Below are positions 41,630 to 56,149 of a stretch of DNA of 64,000 bases, piece after piece. Under the pieces are notes generated by a model that saw only the letters and a list, made by a program, of their open reading frames with translations, was not told the origin of the DNA and ran no database searches. The DNA comes from Chrysomallon squamiferum (lineage: Eukaryota > Animalia > Mollusca): assembly GCA_012295275.1 (NCBI GenBank), contig CM022665.1:27838001-27902000 (forward strand). The letters run 5' to 3'. Position numbers and translations under genes: made by a program. Each line of letters starts with the position of its first letter. Position 1 is the stretch's first letter.

Positions 41630-41955
41630 ACAAATACATATATAATGATTATCTGACCTGAACTCCTCTTTGTTTTAAAACAGTATACACAAAATGTGTT
41701 GCTATCGGTGTTGTTGTTGTTATAAGGATCTGTTTGGTTTTTTTCACAGATCGCTGTGAGAAGCCTATTTCACAAGGACACGCCTGTCCCAGGGATTTCG
41801 AGGATCCGGCCCCCGCGTATCTTTGGTTCTTCCATGCTTTGACTCACCGCTGCAAACGTTTGTTGTATTTTGGATGCGGAGGAAATACAAACCAGTTTGA
41901 CACCAAAAATGAATGTATGAAAGAATGTGTTAAAGACCAGATTGTCTATTCATAG
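41465..41955 (+). CDS. Kunitz gene 23
   Basis: Exon 41465-41522 (MKILFLLLVIPFALSTLVH) and exon 41750-41955 (RCEKPISQGHACPRDFEDPAPAYLWFF...CMKECVKDQIVYS*). Confidence 0.88.
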
Positions 41956-42139
41956 TGTTTTTGTCAGAAATGTATTTATTTATTTATGGAAGAGCGGGGG
42001 AAATGAATTAACATTTTTAAAAGTAATTATATACAGTCTCTATTTACTGACAATAAATTATTGAAGATGTTAACAAATATGTTTTTGTTGTGTTTTTAAA
42101 GTTTGTTTGTAATGTGTCTTTCTGATTCAACCAGCGGTA

Positions 42140-42181
<42 letters not shown>

Positions 42182-42688
42182 GTTATTATTATTATTATTA
42201 GTGTATCATATTCAACAAGAGATTTCAATTTTGCAATGTTTGACATCACAAAACTTAAAATTACGTCATTGCTTTTCTTTGCCACATGCCACTTGCAAGT
42301 TAACACGTTCAACCAGTTGAGTAAAAATTTTTTTCATTTTATATTTTTTAACTTAATAATAAATTAATAAATAATAAATAATAAAAAATATACCGAGAAA
42401 GAAGAAGAAAAAACTAAAACTAAATAATAATGAAAAATTCTAAAACGGAAATATTTCACAAAAACAACGAATAAAGAATAATATTGTTTTGGACAATCAA
42501 TTTATTATTATTTTTTTTTTCAAAACTTTAATCACGTTGTTGCAAGAATGAGGACCTACATTAATTACTTAATTCGTAGTTTTCTTTTTTAAAATATTAA
42601 TAATAACATCGCAGGATAATAATGCAGATTGAGTATATAATTATATATAACATAAATCAGTTTTTAATGTAAATATTTCAGATACAAA

Positions 42689-42870
42689 ATGAAGATTTTG
42701 TTCTTCGTTTTTGCATTACTCTTCGCTTTCTGTGTTTCTATTAACAGTGAGTAATTTGAAAAACATGTTTAGTTCTTATTAACTTGTGTATTTTATTTAA
42801 TTTTATTCTGATATTGAGTTTAGTAACTTTTAAGGGTTTTTTCAGTAATATAACGAAAAACGTATTATTA

Positions 42871-42923
<53 letters not shown>

Positions 42924-43515
42924 ATGCATATAATTTAACGTTACAGCATTCATTTATGCATGTCTGTATGTGTACATGCGTCTCTGTATGTTTTGGTGTA
43001 CGGGTGCATTTGTCTGTGTGATGCTTGTGTGTATGTATGTGTGTGTGTGCGTTTGTGTGTACGAGTGTATGTGTGTTGTGTGTGTATTTGTGTGTTTGTA
43101 TGTGTTTGTCTGTGTACGTCCTCGACAATTTTATGCTGATACTTCTTCGACATTTTAAGCCCTGTCAAATTAAGCTTGCAATAAAATTACGAACACTAAT
43201 TTGCTCCTATGATTATAAATACACAAAATGTTTATTCTCTATTCTCATCATGTTGAAACTGTTGGTATTGTTGTTGATTTTGCTGTTGTCGTCGTAGTAA
43301 TGGTTTGTTTGCTTGATTTCACAGCTCACTGTTATCAGCCAATAAAACAAGGACATGCCTGTCCGAAGGATTCGGAGAACTCAGTGCCAGCCTATCTGTG
43401 GTTCTATGATATTACACTGGGTGGATGCAGAAAATTACTGTTTCTTGGATGCGGAGGAAATGGCAACCAATTTTTATCTAAAGCTGAATGTTTCAAACAA
43501 TGTTTTATAGACTAG
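42689..43515 (+). CDS. Kunitz gene 24
   Basis: Exon 42689-42746 (MKILFFVFALLFAFCVSIN) and exon 43325-43515 (HCYQPIKQGHACPKDSENSVPAYLWFY...CFKQCFID*). Confidence 0.88.
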
Positions 43516-44126
43516 TTTCCTACTTTATCCCGATTTTGTAAAACATATTTTATTTTATTTTATTTTATTTTTTAATTGAGTTGATTTTACTACTATTAAT
43601 TTAGCCTTATTTATGTTTTATTTTTTTTTTTTTTTTATATATATATTTTTGCATATATATATATATACTTTTTCTTCTTCTTTAATTATTTTATTTTATT
43701 TATTTATTTTTTTTTATCACTAGTATTTTTTTAATTATTATTATTGACTTTATTTGACAACTTGATTTTCTTTTGTCATTCTGACATCATCACTGAAATC
43801 AACCTTACGTCATAACATGTCTTTGTCACGAGTCTTGCAAATGGCATAAACATTACTTCACACTTAAAACTTTCAACATGCTGAGTGAGTAACAATAATA
43901 ACAATAACTGCGAAAGATGCATCAAAAACACTTTTTGTCCTATTCAAAAATCATTTCATGATTTTGTGCAAATGAAATTTTGAAAACAGTCGTTAAAGAA
44001 AAAGGTAAGACTTAAACAGTTTAATAAATTTGTAATTGTAATTTTTTATCCGAATACGTTTCTCACTGCATATATATTTATTCTGAATAACGAAAATCTG
44101 TTCTGTGTAAACATTCCAGATAGACA

Positions 44127-44258
44127 ATGAAGTTTTTGATCTTGTTTCTGATGTTAGTGTTCGCTTCCAGCGTTTCTTCTCAGTGTAAGTAACTTGCTTA
44201 ATTTGTTTAGTTAGTTGTACATGCATTTTCAACATCATCATCATCATCATCATCATCA

Positions 44259-44309
<51 letters not shown>

Positions 44310-44876
44310 GATTAATGACAGGAATGCTGTTTTGAAAAATTGCGTTCTGTCCCTGTGCATCTATTTGTCTGTTTAACAATTCATCAGTTATTCTATTTGC
44401 CTACATACATACATATATAACATACATACACACACACACATACATAGATACATATGTACACACATATATACATACATACATAAATGCATACATACACGCA
44501 TACATACATACATAAATACAAACATACATACATACATGCATGCATGCAAACATACATACATACATACATGCATGCATATATACATACAAACATACATACA
44601 TGCATACATAAACAGCACACGAAAGTTCACACGGCTTTCTGTAGTTCTAACTTTGTTGTTGTAATGGCGTGTTTTGTGTGTTTTTTCGCAGTACGTTGCA
44701 TTGTGCCTATTGTTCAAGGAAGAGTCTGTCCGTACGCGGATGATGACTCCTATCCCGTGTTTCGCTGGTTCTATGACGCAGGATCGGGTCGCTGTAAACG
44801 CTTGCCATACTTTGGATGCGAAGGAAACGGAAACCGGTTTAGAACCAAAGCTGAGTGTATTGACAAGTGTGCCTAA
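44127..44876 (+). CDS. Kunitz gene 25
   Basis: Exon 44127-44184 (MKFLILFLMLVFASSVSSQ) and exon 44692-44876 (RCIVPIVQGRVCPYADDDSYPVFRWFY...GCEGNGNRF...CIDKCA*). Confidence 0.9.
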
Positions 44877-44911
44877 GACCAGCTGTCTATTACTATTGCT
44901 TTTGTCAAAGT

Positions 44912-44950
<39 letters not shown>

Positions 44951-45150
44951 TTATAATGTATAAATGAACAGGCTAGCTTTCTGAGAAACTTTTGTATAGT
45001 CATTATTTGTTGGCAATAAAAGTTTTTAAAAGACAAGTAATTACATTTTTGTTGTCTGTTTAAACTTTATTTATGTTCCACGTATTTGATTTTTAAACTA
45101 ATTTCAATTAGTCATGGATAACAACAACAGTTATTATTATTATTATTATT

Positions 45151-45192
<42 letters not shown>

Positions 45193-45525
45193 ATTGTTGT
45201 TATTCTTATTGTTATTGTTACGAAAAATGAAGAAGAATAGTATGTTATTTCCATCGTGACTTTTCCATCCACCTCTGACATCATCACTGAAATCAGTTTT
45301 ACGTCATAAGATATCTGTATCATATATCACGTGTAAGTGTCATTAATAATAGTACACAGTTAAAATATCTAGATAAAACAACATTAAAATCTATGCAAAA
45401 TAAAACTGTGAATAACGAATCAACAAAATTATCAGTGTTTTCCTATTCAGTGTAAATATTTGCAAAAATTTCAGCCGTGAAATAATAAGGTAAAACCTAA
45501 ATAATTTTCTAATTTTTAGAGTTTC

Positions 45526-45580
<55 letters not shown>

Positions 45581-45636
45581 GAGTTTAGATTTCGTAATAT
45601 TATTATTAGTTTTTATACAAATATTTCAGACTGACA

Positions 45637-45777
45637 ATGAAGATTTTCGTCTTATTTCTTGTTTTACTGTTTACTTCCGGAGTTCCTGCTCTTAGTGAGT
45701 TAGTTTTATTTATTTATTTATTTCAGTTTTAACTGTATTATAACTTAGTACTAAATTTCACGCAGATATAATAATAC

Positions 45778-45827
<50 letters not shown>

Positions 45828-46272
45828 CAATTGAAGTGGGCTGATTTTAAAGCATTTGCCTTCGGTTTAAGAAACAACAATCACTTTGTTGTTACAATAA
45901 TATGTAAAATATTAAATGATCACACTAACTGGTGGCTGTTTCTCGAAAAAATTCGCTTGGCCTATGTTACGTAATACTAACTTTAAAACCCCATAAAATA
46001 ATGAATATAAAATATCAAATGTTACCTCATTTACTGAACCGTAGTTGCAGTTATTGCAGTAACTGTTTCGTCTGTCGGCAGATCGATGTGAGTTGCCCAT
46101 CTTTCTTGGAGAAATCTGTCCCAGTGACGTCGAGGATCCGATTCCTATGTACCTCTGGTTCTACGACTTCATGTTAGATCGCTGCAGACAGTTACCGTAC
46201 TTTGGATGTGGAGGAAACGGAAACAAGTTTCATACCAAAGCCGAATGTCTTACCCTCTGTAAAAAAGAATAG
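45637..46272 (+). CDS. Kunitz gene 26
   Basis: Exon 45637-45694 (MKIFVLFLVLLFTSGVPAL) and exon 46082-46272 (RCELPIFLGEICPSDVEDPIPMYLWFYDFMLDRCRQLPYFGCGGNGNKFHTKAECLTLCKKE*). Confidence 0.89.
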
Positions 46273-46659
46273 TTTACAATTTTCCTACACTGGTATATTT
46301 ATTTGTTTAAAAAAAGGAAGAAAAAAGAAAAGAAAAAGAAAGGAAGAAAAAAAGGAAAGAAAAGAAAATGTTTACTTATTGGTAATAAATTATTATAAAA
46401 CAGTTTTATTTGTTTTGTGTCTAATATAAATTCTATATCTAGTTCGGTTATTGACAGAGCGACATTTTGTGTATGTGGTTTATGTTAGGAAATTAGTTGA
46501 TGAAAATAAGATTCTCTCTCTTTCTCTCTTTATATATGTGATTTTATCAAATATCGTTTTCTGTAAAGTTTCTATTGAGTTTGGAAAACATAAATAAATA
46601 AATAAATAAATTTGTTAATAAATAAATATATATAAATAAAAGGAAAAATAAAAACAGCC

Positions 46660-47020
46660 TCGACATTGTAATTAATGTTTTTCGTTAAATCCCAAACTGT
46701 ATTCATTACAATATGGAAATTATACGAGCCGACTTTATGACGTCAATAAAATATAATTAACTTTATTTCTATAAAATATTCGAATAACTTTGTGTTTATT
46801 TTGTGTTTTTTGTTTGTTTGGGGTTTTTTTTTTTTTTTTTTTTATGTGGAGAAAACAAAATCAAATTAGGGGAAAGACTTGATGTCCTAATTAATAGCTT
46901 TAATTAAATCCTAAACTGTTCTCAATAGAAAATAGAAATTATAAGCCCCGACTTTATGACGTCATTTGTCATAGAAAAATAACCAACATTAATTATTAAA
47001 ATATTTGAACAACTTTGGTT
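46660..47020 (+). promoter_or_regulatory. Tandemly duplicated upstream block, each copy with TGACGTCA
   Basis: ttaaatcc.aaactgt...gaaattata...ccgactttatgacgtca occurs twice about 220 bp apart, with CREs at 46738 and 46957. Confidence 0.65.
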
Positions 47021-47382
47021 TTAATTTAATTAAGGTATACAACAAAATATGTAAAAATATCGTTCATATTAATATTCATCCGAAAACTGTTTAAACGGAT
47101 TAAATATAGATCCACAGGAGCAATTACTGCACAACTGAAAGGGTTAAGGCTTTCGTCATTCGATATCGCAGGTATAATAATAAACTGTCGTAGAATTTTT
47201 ATTTAATAAAATAAACATTAAAAAGTAATTGCTTATGATACTTAACATCTATTATTTACAATCAGAGTATACATTGTTGATTAAATTGTGTTTGTGTGTG
47301 TGCCTATGTGTGTGACAGATATTATAAACAATAAGTAATAATTACAATAGCTGACTAATATTTTAAAATTTTTAGTACTGCG

Positions 47383-47784
47383 ATGAAGATACTCATTTCA
47401 TTCATGGTCCTGCTGCTGTTGGCTGAAGTTTCAGCTATAGGTAAGTCACTTATAACATGTTCCACAGTATGAGAACGACAAATGATTAGTTATATATTTT
47501 TTTACTGTGCACTGACAAGCGTTTTTGCAGTAAAATACATGAATTATTGGGTGAATCTAGAAATATTTGTAATATACACAGACAAGCTAACAACCAACAG
47601 AAGCACCATAATTTAGTAATTATATTTTGTACTAAATCGTAAATATTTTAATTAACGTAACTAAAATACTGATATAAGATTTATTAATATTTATTGTAGT
47701 AAGTGTATGCTTATGTTTCAGATCCAGTGGAATCTCTTTTTGATGTCTATTATAAAATTTGAAATTAATAATAATAATAATAAT

Positions 47785-47874
<90 letters not shown>

Positions 47875-47948
47875 AATAATAATAACAATAATAAAGTTTA
47901 GGTGTTCTTAAAAATCAGCCCATCATTGCTATTTCCTTGGTGTTAGTA

Positions 47949-47995
<47 letters not shown>

Positions 47996-48423
47996 CAATA
48001 ATAACAATAATAAATGTATTTTTTTTTCATTTCATTGATTTTGTTTGAAACTTTTCTTTATTTATTATTATAATTTTTTTTTTTTTTTTTTTAATATTCA
48101 CCAGTATTGTGTATAACTCAAACACGAGTTTGTGAAATTTCAGTTAGCACTTTAATTTTAATTTAATACAGATTTACGTTATCTGAAATGTAAATCTGTT
48201 TTTTTTTTCCTTCGTCTTTTTCTTTCATTCAGCTCGCCGATGTAAGCAGCCGATACAACAAGGCAAACCCTGTCCACACCAACCCGTGGCCGACCACGTC
48301 AGCAGGTGGTTCTACGACATGGAAGGGAACACGTGTAAAAAAATGCTGTATCTCGGCTGCGCAGGAAATCGCAACAGATTTAAGAAGAAATCAAACTGTG
48401 ATGCCCACTGTGTCCATAAATAA
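47383..48423 (+). CDS. Kunitz gene 27, basic and His-rich (not in the ORF track)
   Basis: Exon 47383-47440 (MKILISFMVLLLLAEVSAI) and exon 48233-48423 (RRCKQPIQQGKPCPHQPVADHVSRWFYDMEGNTCKKMLYLGCAGNRNRFKKKSNCDAHCVHK*). Confidence 0.89.
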
Positions 48424-48573
48424 TTAACTTCTTTAACTGTTGTACTGAAGAGCTGAATTAAAGTTGTAATGCTGTTTGTGCTGTTTTTTTGTGTTCTCTT
48501 TTTTTTTTTTTTCTTATGAAGATATTAAATTGCATTATGTGTACAAAAAACAACTTTTATTTTTATATTTATT

Positions 48574-48606
<33 letters not shown>

Positions 48607-49351
48607 TGCAAAAGTTAAATTTGCTCAGAATGAGTGTGAAAATATTTGGTTACCACTGCCTTAACATATTTTAATATTAATAGGTATAATATTTCAAATG
48701 ATCATAATCATTACATTATTTTATTATCATCATCATCATGACTATTAATATTTTTATAACCATCATTATTAGTAGTAGTAATATATATTTTATTATTATC
48801 ATTTAATAATAATAGACAAGAAATATGATGCCATTACTTTATGGGTTACTCTTTTCAATTAGCATGAAAAGAATATTTCATGTACACTTTCCCGCAGACA
48901 TGAAAGAACACACAAAACTGGTGGGTCAGTGGCTGAAATGGAAGGCTAGCCAGTGTACAAAGAAAAGAATGCTGGGACTTGACAATCTCCAACCACTGAA
49001 TTACAGAGCAAATACAATAGCTATATCTGCAGCGGCTATTTTGATTTAAACAGCAGAACAGATTAAATGAACAAAACAAATAACGTAAAATGGACTTATT
49101 GTTTAAAAATCATTTGTACTGACAAAGAAAATTTGTCTTTTTAATGACACATTTATTAAAAAGAAAATGAATTGAGATAATTCATTTGTAGAAAATTCTA
49201 GAAGTGAAAAGATTGGAACCATATTTATTAAAAATGGAACCATATTTATTTTTTTGGAATTTTTTTTTTTTTTTTTTTTTTTTACATTTATTCAGTTCTT
49301 AATTATTGTCACTGTTTGAAGAGACTTTCTTTTTCTTTATTTTATTTTATT

Positions 49352-49382
<31 letters not shown>

Positions 49383-51660
49383 GAGGACATGGGTGATTAT
49401 TAGTTAGTATTTCTGAAAAAAAAGAAAAAAAAAAAAAGAGGCAACTAACATATTGTTTCATATCTATGTTATTATCTTTTTACATAAAATGAAATTAATA
49501 AGCAATTTTAAATGAAGTAAATGAGTTTTAGGAATCAGTGGAACTCTAAGGGAAGAGGCTGGAAAGGAGGCAGTGTAAGAGAAATTTGACAGACTAACTA
49601 GTACAGAAAACTGACATGGATGGAAATAAAAAAGGGATAGAACACCATTGTCCTGTGTCTCTTCCACCAATGGCTACTTCTATAAATGTATAATTCTAAG
49701 TATAAACAGGGCACAAGCACCTCCATTTTGAACTAGTTTGATCAGTCCATGCGAAGACTTAATATAGATGAATTAATGAATTAACAACACCTATATCCAT
49801 TACAATATTACCAGTTACTAGGTAACAAATAATTGTAGTTTTTTCTTGCATAATGATAATACATGAAACACTGGCTACTCACTGATTTACTCTTTTTTAT
49901 CTGTTTTCCAGTACATAGGAAAACATTTTCCAGTGTGTAAGCCAGATATTAATCCCAGAACTAGTCCATTGGAAGCACCAACAGAGAACTGATCTCCAGG
50001 CTGTGCCACTCTTCCTGATTAGCACCTGATTAGCAGTCTGATCATTGTGATTTATGTGATGGCTCACTTTCTGTTTAAAAATACCTCCAGATTAATTAGA
50101 GCTGCACTCAGAACACGTAATTTCCCAGCATTTTCCAGACCATTGCTCCCCATGTTAATTATCCATGAAATCAAGAGTATGATATTTTTTATCTGACAAA
50201 TTAATGAAGGGAAGAAGAAAAACAAAACATTAATAAAAGATTTCATGAAATAGTGGTTCTGAAAGTGATCACCTTATCAGCTTAATAAATGTTTTAGCAG
50301 TGATAAACAAAAGAAGGAAAGTCTGCAAAGGTGTACAGTTAGGTATGGATATTAATTAGAAGATTTAAAAAAAACAAAAAATAAAAAAAATATATAAAAA
50401 TGCAAATGAATCTGCCAAAGAGGAATACGCCATAATTTGAGAGGTAATTTAAAACTGTTCATAAGGGCTAAATATGATGCTAAAAAATAAATTATTTTAT
50501 AATTTCGGCTATTATTTCATCAAAATGAAATAAACACCCTTCTTTGAAAAAATATATACAAAAAGTCCTAGATGAAAATGTCTGTGGCCAAACAATCTAC
50601 ATTTTTTTCACTTTTACAGTGTCTGTGTCAAAAATTCATTGTCAGTTCTCTCAAGCAGTCTGAAAAATCTAATGCAATTTCAAAAAGAATTTTAGTAATG
50701 TACATAAACCTAATTATAAACTGTAATTAGAACTGTATATTTAAACTGAAAAAAATGATATTTCAGGTATAATTATATTTTATATCTAGTAAAGTGTCTA
50801 AACTGAGACACTGTATAAATCTGAAGTGAAATATATTTATTTATTATACACTGCTAGTTAAAAATAGGACTTCTAAGTGTTATTTTACCTATATATGAAG
50901 TGCAGATAATAAGGAATACATACTAGTTGAGAAATAGTATATTTAACTAGCTGTGATGCCTGTTTTCATTATCTGTTTACCTACAACAGTAGCACAAATA
51001 ATAACAATTTGAAATATATATATGTTTTACAAAATTCCAAGGAATATACTTGGTTCATGGAGGGATGTCTTTGTGTATATGTGTAATGTGTGTGTGTTTG
51101 TATTTGCATCGTGTGTGCATGCATGTGTTTAATGTGTGTGCATGGAATCGTGTGTGATCACAAATAATAAAAAAGATATATTTCTTGATTTTTCCTTCTT
51201 GTTATTCTTATTAAAATATCGTTGAAACACCATAAAGTTAAATTTGATTTGAACATTTTTTAATCATGACAACAGAACATAAAAAGTGCTAATTGAAAAC
51301 TCCTATCTGTTACTGAAAGCTAATTTGTAAGCATCTTTTTAATTTAAAATTAAATATTTTTCTTAAAATCCAAAATAAAATATATTACAAATTTCATTTA
51401 AGATAATTTTTCAAAGTAAAACAATGCAAAATACATTTTAGAGAAGCATATTGTTAAATACATGAATCTCTCTCTCTCAATTCTTAGAGACAGAAATATA
51501 CACAAAGGAAACTACTACCGACAAAGATATTTTTATTTGTCAGACAAAATAAACTAATTGATAACTTAATACTGAAAAGCTAATTTGTAAGCATCCCGAA
51601 ATCTAATAAATACTGATCCAAAATACACAAAATACATTTAGTAGAATGTTTTTCAAAAAA

Positions 51661-52189
51661 TCTCTCTCTTTCTTGCCCTATCTATCTCTCTCTCTGCTCT
51701 GTCTATGTCTCTATCTCTCTCTCTCTGCTCTATCTATGTCTCTCTCTCTCTTGCCCTATCTATGTCTCTCTCTCTCTCTTGCTCTATCTATGTCTCTCTC
51801 TCTCTTGCCCTATCTATGTCTCTCTCTTGCTCTATCTATCTCTCTCTCTCTCTCTCTTTGCTCTATCTATGTCTCTTCTCTCTTGCACTATCTATGTCTC
51901 TGTCTCTCTCTCTCTTGCCCTATCTATCTCTCTCTCTTTCTTGCTCTATCTACGTCTCTCTCTCTCTTGCTCTGTCTATGTCTCTCTCTCTCTCTCTTGC
52001 TCTATCTATGTCTCTCTCTCTCTTGCTCTATCTATGTCTCTCTCTCTCTCTTTCTCTCTTGCTCTATCGACGTCTCTCTCTCTCTCTCCCTCTATGTCTC
52101 TCTCTCTTGCTCTATCTCTCTCTCTCTCTCTTTGCTCTATCTATGTCTCTCTCTCTTGCTCTATCTATGTCTCTCTCTGTCTTGCTCTA

Positions 52190-52272
<83 letters not shown>
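51661..52272. repeat. Compound CT-rich minisatellite ending in pure (CT)n
   Basis: Variable units of (TC)n-TTGCTCTATCTATG. Confidence 0.95.
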
Positions 52273-52277
<5 letters not shown>

Positions 52278-53749
52278 ATATATATTATCAAATACCATTG
52301 TTTTTGTCTATGAGTATATAAATACAAATGATCTTCTTCAAGTAAAGTATGATTAACATGATAAAAACTGAATATAAATATGAACCAAGACAGAAGTAGA
52401 AAGAGAGAGAGAAAGAGACAGTGGTTGTTAAGCAGCTTAACATTCACTCTTTTATTTTGAAGTACACTGTATTGTTTTAAGTATAATGCTGTGACTATTT
52501 AAATAATCGTTTCTGAGACACAACAGTTTTTGGTTGTATCTTTGTTTCACTGCTAAGTTTCGCCAAAATTGTAGAAGCAAAGACAGGATGTGAAATGATG
52601 TATAACATTATCAAAATTATTTTTTTATAAGCTCAGTCTAAGTATCTACTGATTATTCCAGTCAGTGGATTAAAATGAAATAATTTTTTTTTTGAAAATC
52701 CTGTACCTGTTCCTGTATATGTATTTAGAAACTGAATAATTAGATGAAAGATCATACCGTAAATATATTTTGTAAACATGTAATTTTGAAAGATTTTTAT
52801 GTATTTAAAATTTTGAGTTATTATTGCAAAGAAACTATGGCCAAATATTATAACAGACTATGTGAAATAAAATGTCTGTTATTACTGTTAACAGTTAAAA
52901 GAAAATACAAAAACCATAATATTTCAGATTAATGCTTTCAACACTGAACCTATTTAAATCATATTAAAAATATATTAAGTGTATATCATGTAAATGTAGT
53001 AATTAGTTTATAAAATATCACAAATAATAACTATAATTAAAAATTGTAACAATTAGTAACTTTTATCCTAAAAATAAATGTAAATAACTATGATAGAATA
53101 TATATATAACAACTGTTACAGTGGCATCAGTTACATAATGTCAATAGCAGCAGTAACAACAACAACAACAACAACAATGATGATGATGATGATGATGATG
53201 GTGTTTATGATAATAATGATAAGGCTCTTTTCTAGTAGTTATAAACTTTATTTTATTTTATTATCTATTTACGTTTGATTTATTTTGTTTCATTTCTCTT
53301 TTTATTTGTTGAGGTTTTTTTGTTGTTTTTTTATGTTTGTTTGTTTTTGGTTTTTAGTTTTATATATATTTTTTTAAACAATAAAACAAAAATAATTAAA
53401 ATTCATAATAATAATAATAATGAGAAGAAAACGAAAAAGAAGACACATTATAGCTTTCATTATTGTTAATACACAGTCATATGATCAAGATTTGTTGCTA
53501 AGATACAGCTTGGAAATTATCAGTAGCGAAATATGACATATAAAGTTATGATAACTGTGAAAAAAGTGATTACAATATTTTAAACAGCAATGCAAAATAA
53601 TGACAAAAATAAATAATGATGAATATAATTTGAAACATTGTCAAACTGTGAATGGTTTTTATCTCGCATTTGCTAACATTACTAATTTTTAATTTTTAAT
53701 TATTTTTTTTTTTTATAAAAATAAAAGTATTGCAAGTAAAATTAATAAC

Positions 53750-53781
<32 letters not shown>

Positions 53782-54412
53782 TAACAATTACAATAATAAT
53801 TACAATGATGATAATAATAATAATAATCATGATAATGATGATGATGATATAATAATAATAAGAAGAAGAAAAAGAATAATAAAATTCAAAACAAATATAA
53901 AATATTTTATAGTCAGCTGAACTACTAAGGTAACATCACCAATGCAGTTAAATGCATTTTGTATATGGATGGATGGATGACTGGGTTTGATGGAGTCAAA
54001 GGTGGATAATAATTTATTGTATCTTTATTTACCTATTTTACTAATACTCACATGCAAAGTATATATATATATATGCATATTTATTTATTTCGTACATAAT
54101 CCAAACTGTCTATAACAGCTACTCAAATAACCAGCAAAAGGTTTATTATAGGGGGTGGTTGTCGTAGGGAGTTAGTATAAATATATAAATTTATGCATTG
54201 TGGGAAAAATCTTGAGGTAGACATGCAAGATAGGTGGCTGTTACATAGAAGTGACAACTTAAACAGGTTTGCCTTTATATCATTTTAGTTATTTTAATTT
54301 CAATATTTTGTAAGAAATACATTTAAAAAAAAAAAAAAAAAAAAAAACCATTTAGGAATAAATATATAAAATTAATAATAGTTCAAAGTTGTAAGCAGAT
54401 TTTTAACCGAAC

Positions 54413-54450
<38 letters not shown>

Positions 54451-54671
54451 AATCATTTTTAGAAGAAAAAAATTATTAAGAAATGAAACACATTAATACG
54501 TTGCAGAACATTCTAGTATTCTTTTACAAATGCATATTCCTGACCAAAAATGTAGACAACATAATAACGAATACATCCTGAGTGAAAATCATTTTATTTC
54601 AAAAGTTAAACTGATATTGATTATACAAACTAAAATAAAATTAATTAATTTGTACATACATACATACATTC

Positions 54672-54702
<31 letters not shown>

Positions 54703-55539
54703 TCAGACATATACAGATGTACCTACACATACACTGGAAAATGTTTAACACAGTTAGAACTAGAGTTTGCTTTATGCATTAGCTACACATATTTAGTTAC
54801 CGTAGACATCTTCATATATTAATGGTCTGAAGATAAAAAAAAAATTCTTATTTTATTGGATGGGGTAAATTAATGCCCCATGTCCACACGAAGTGCAGTA
54901 AAAAGATTTCAAATAGTTTTTAGCCTGACAAATTCCTGAGAATTATGGAAAAAAAAACAAAAAAAGATTTCAATAATAATAATAATAATAATAAAAGTTA
55001 ACCAGAACATCTCACACTAGGATTAAGATTAGAAGCAATGTGGAGTAAACTGTGTTCTGGGATCCCAAATGCCCGTGGTGCCCTGTCTAATTTCCTCGAT
55101 TCCTTGATTTAAGCAGACAAAGCAGTCACCATTTATGGCGTACTCTGGGTTGTTGCAATGCTAGACGTAGGTGCCCTCCACCCCGTATTAAAATACCCCA
55201 AGGCATTCACATAATTAGTGTTGGTATGCGGGTACGTCCGTGTATATGTATGTATGTATGTATGTAAGTATGTATTCGGTAAGTAAAACAAATAAAACAA
55301 AACATATTTTCTTGACATCATTTAATATAAGAATCTTTGTAACAAAATATAATTTGAAGCCATACATGTGTCTTATCATTACAATTTTATAGCAGTATGT
55401 AACAAAAAAATAAAAATAAAAAGTAAAGCAAATGCAGAATATCTGCACAAATATATCTGGAAACGTAGCATACCATTACATTGTGATATCGCTGTAACAG
55501 ACACAAGATGATTGAGCAAAAATAATTACAGATCGTGTG

Positions 55540-55965
55540 TATGTTCACTGTTCAAATCAGCAAATACAAAAATAGTTACAGTTTAAGTCTATATTCAGTG
55601 TTCAAATAACCGAATTCAAAAACAGTACACTGTTCGTTTATATATTCAGAGTTCAAACCACCAAATACAAAATAACAGTACAGCGTATTCTATTTAACGA
55701 AAAGTAAAAAATTGTAATGCAGCGCATATGTTCAGTGTCCAGAATAAGAAAAAACTAAATTATAACATCGCTCCTCATGAGTGATCATCACAGCAAATAC
55801 AGAAAGTTGCATCGATCATTTGCATGTTCAGTTTTCAGATTGTCATCAAAAACCGAGGAAAACAGTATACTCGTTTGCCTAGTGTTCAAGTTACTAAATA
55901 CAAACTAAAATACAGCACTCGTTTGTTCAGTGTTCAAATCTAATACAACTTAAAACAGTGTATCA
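55540..55965. repeat. Degenerate ~50-bp tandem repeat, about 7 copies
   Basis: at.ttcagtgttcaaa...caaatacaaaa..acagtaca recurs near 55541, 55591, 55642, 55727, 55824, 55880 and 55924. Confidence 0.7.
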
Positions 55966-56149
55966 TTTAAACAAAAGTTGCAAATAAATTCACATTTATC
56001 TGTGCTTAATAATTTTCCGTTACAAAAAGATTAAATAATATTTATTAATAATACAAAATGTTCATGATTCACGTGGAAAGATTGTCACCCCATTTGTTCG
56101 GGGATTTCGCTCTCCGACTCTGGCAAGAACCGACCGTTCGGTCTGTCGG

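Noticed and set aside
29990-44960. (ATTT)n in 3'UTRs as AU-rich decay elements
   Set aside because: The same microsatellite is common in introns and intergenic DNA, so no enrichment is evident.
20939-46429. Recurring ORFs containing DAEETETGL-like motifs
   Set aside because: They are off-frame readings of the GCGGNGNRF codons.
51646-52356. Longest ORFs in the window (180-236 aa)
   Set aside because: Open in all three frames only because the CT-rich satellite lacks stop codons.
55030-55235. GC-richer island as a possible ncRNA gene
   Set aside because: I recognised no tRNA, snRNA or snoRNA motif; an Rfam search is needed.
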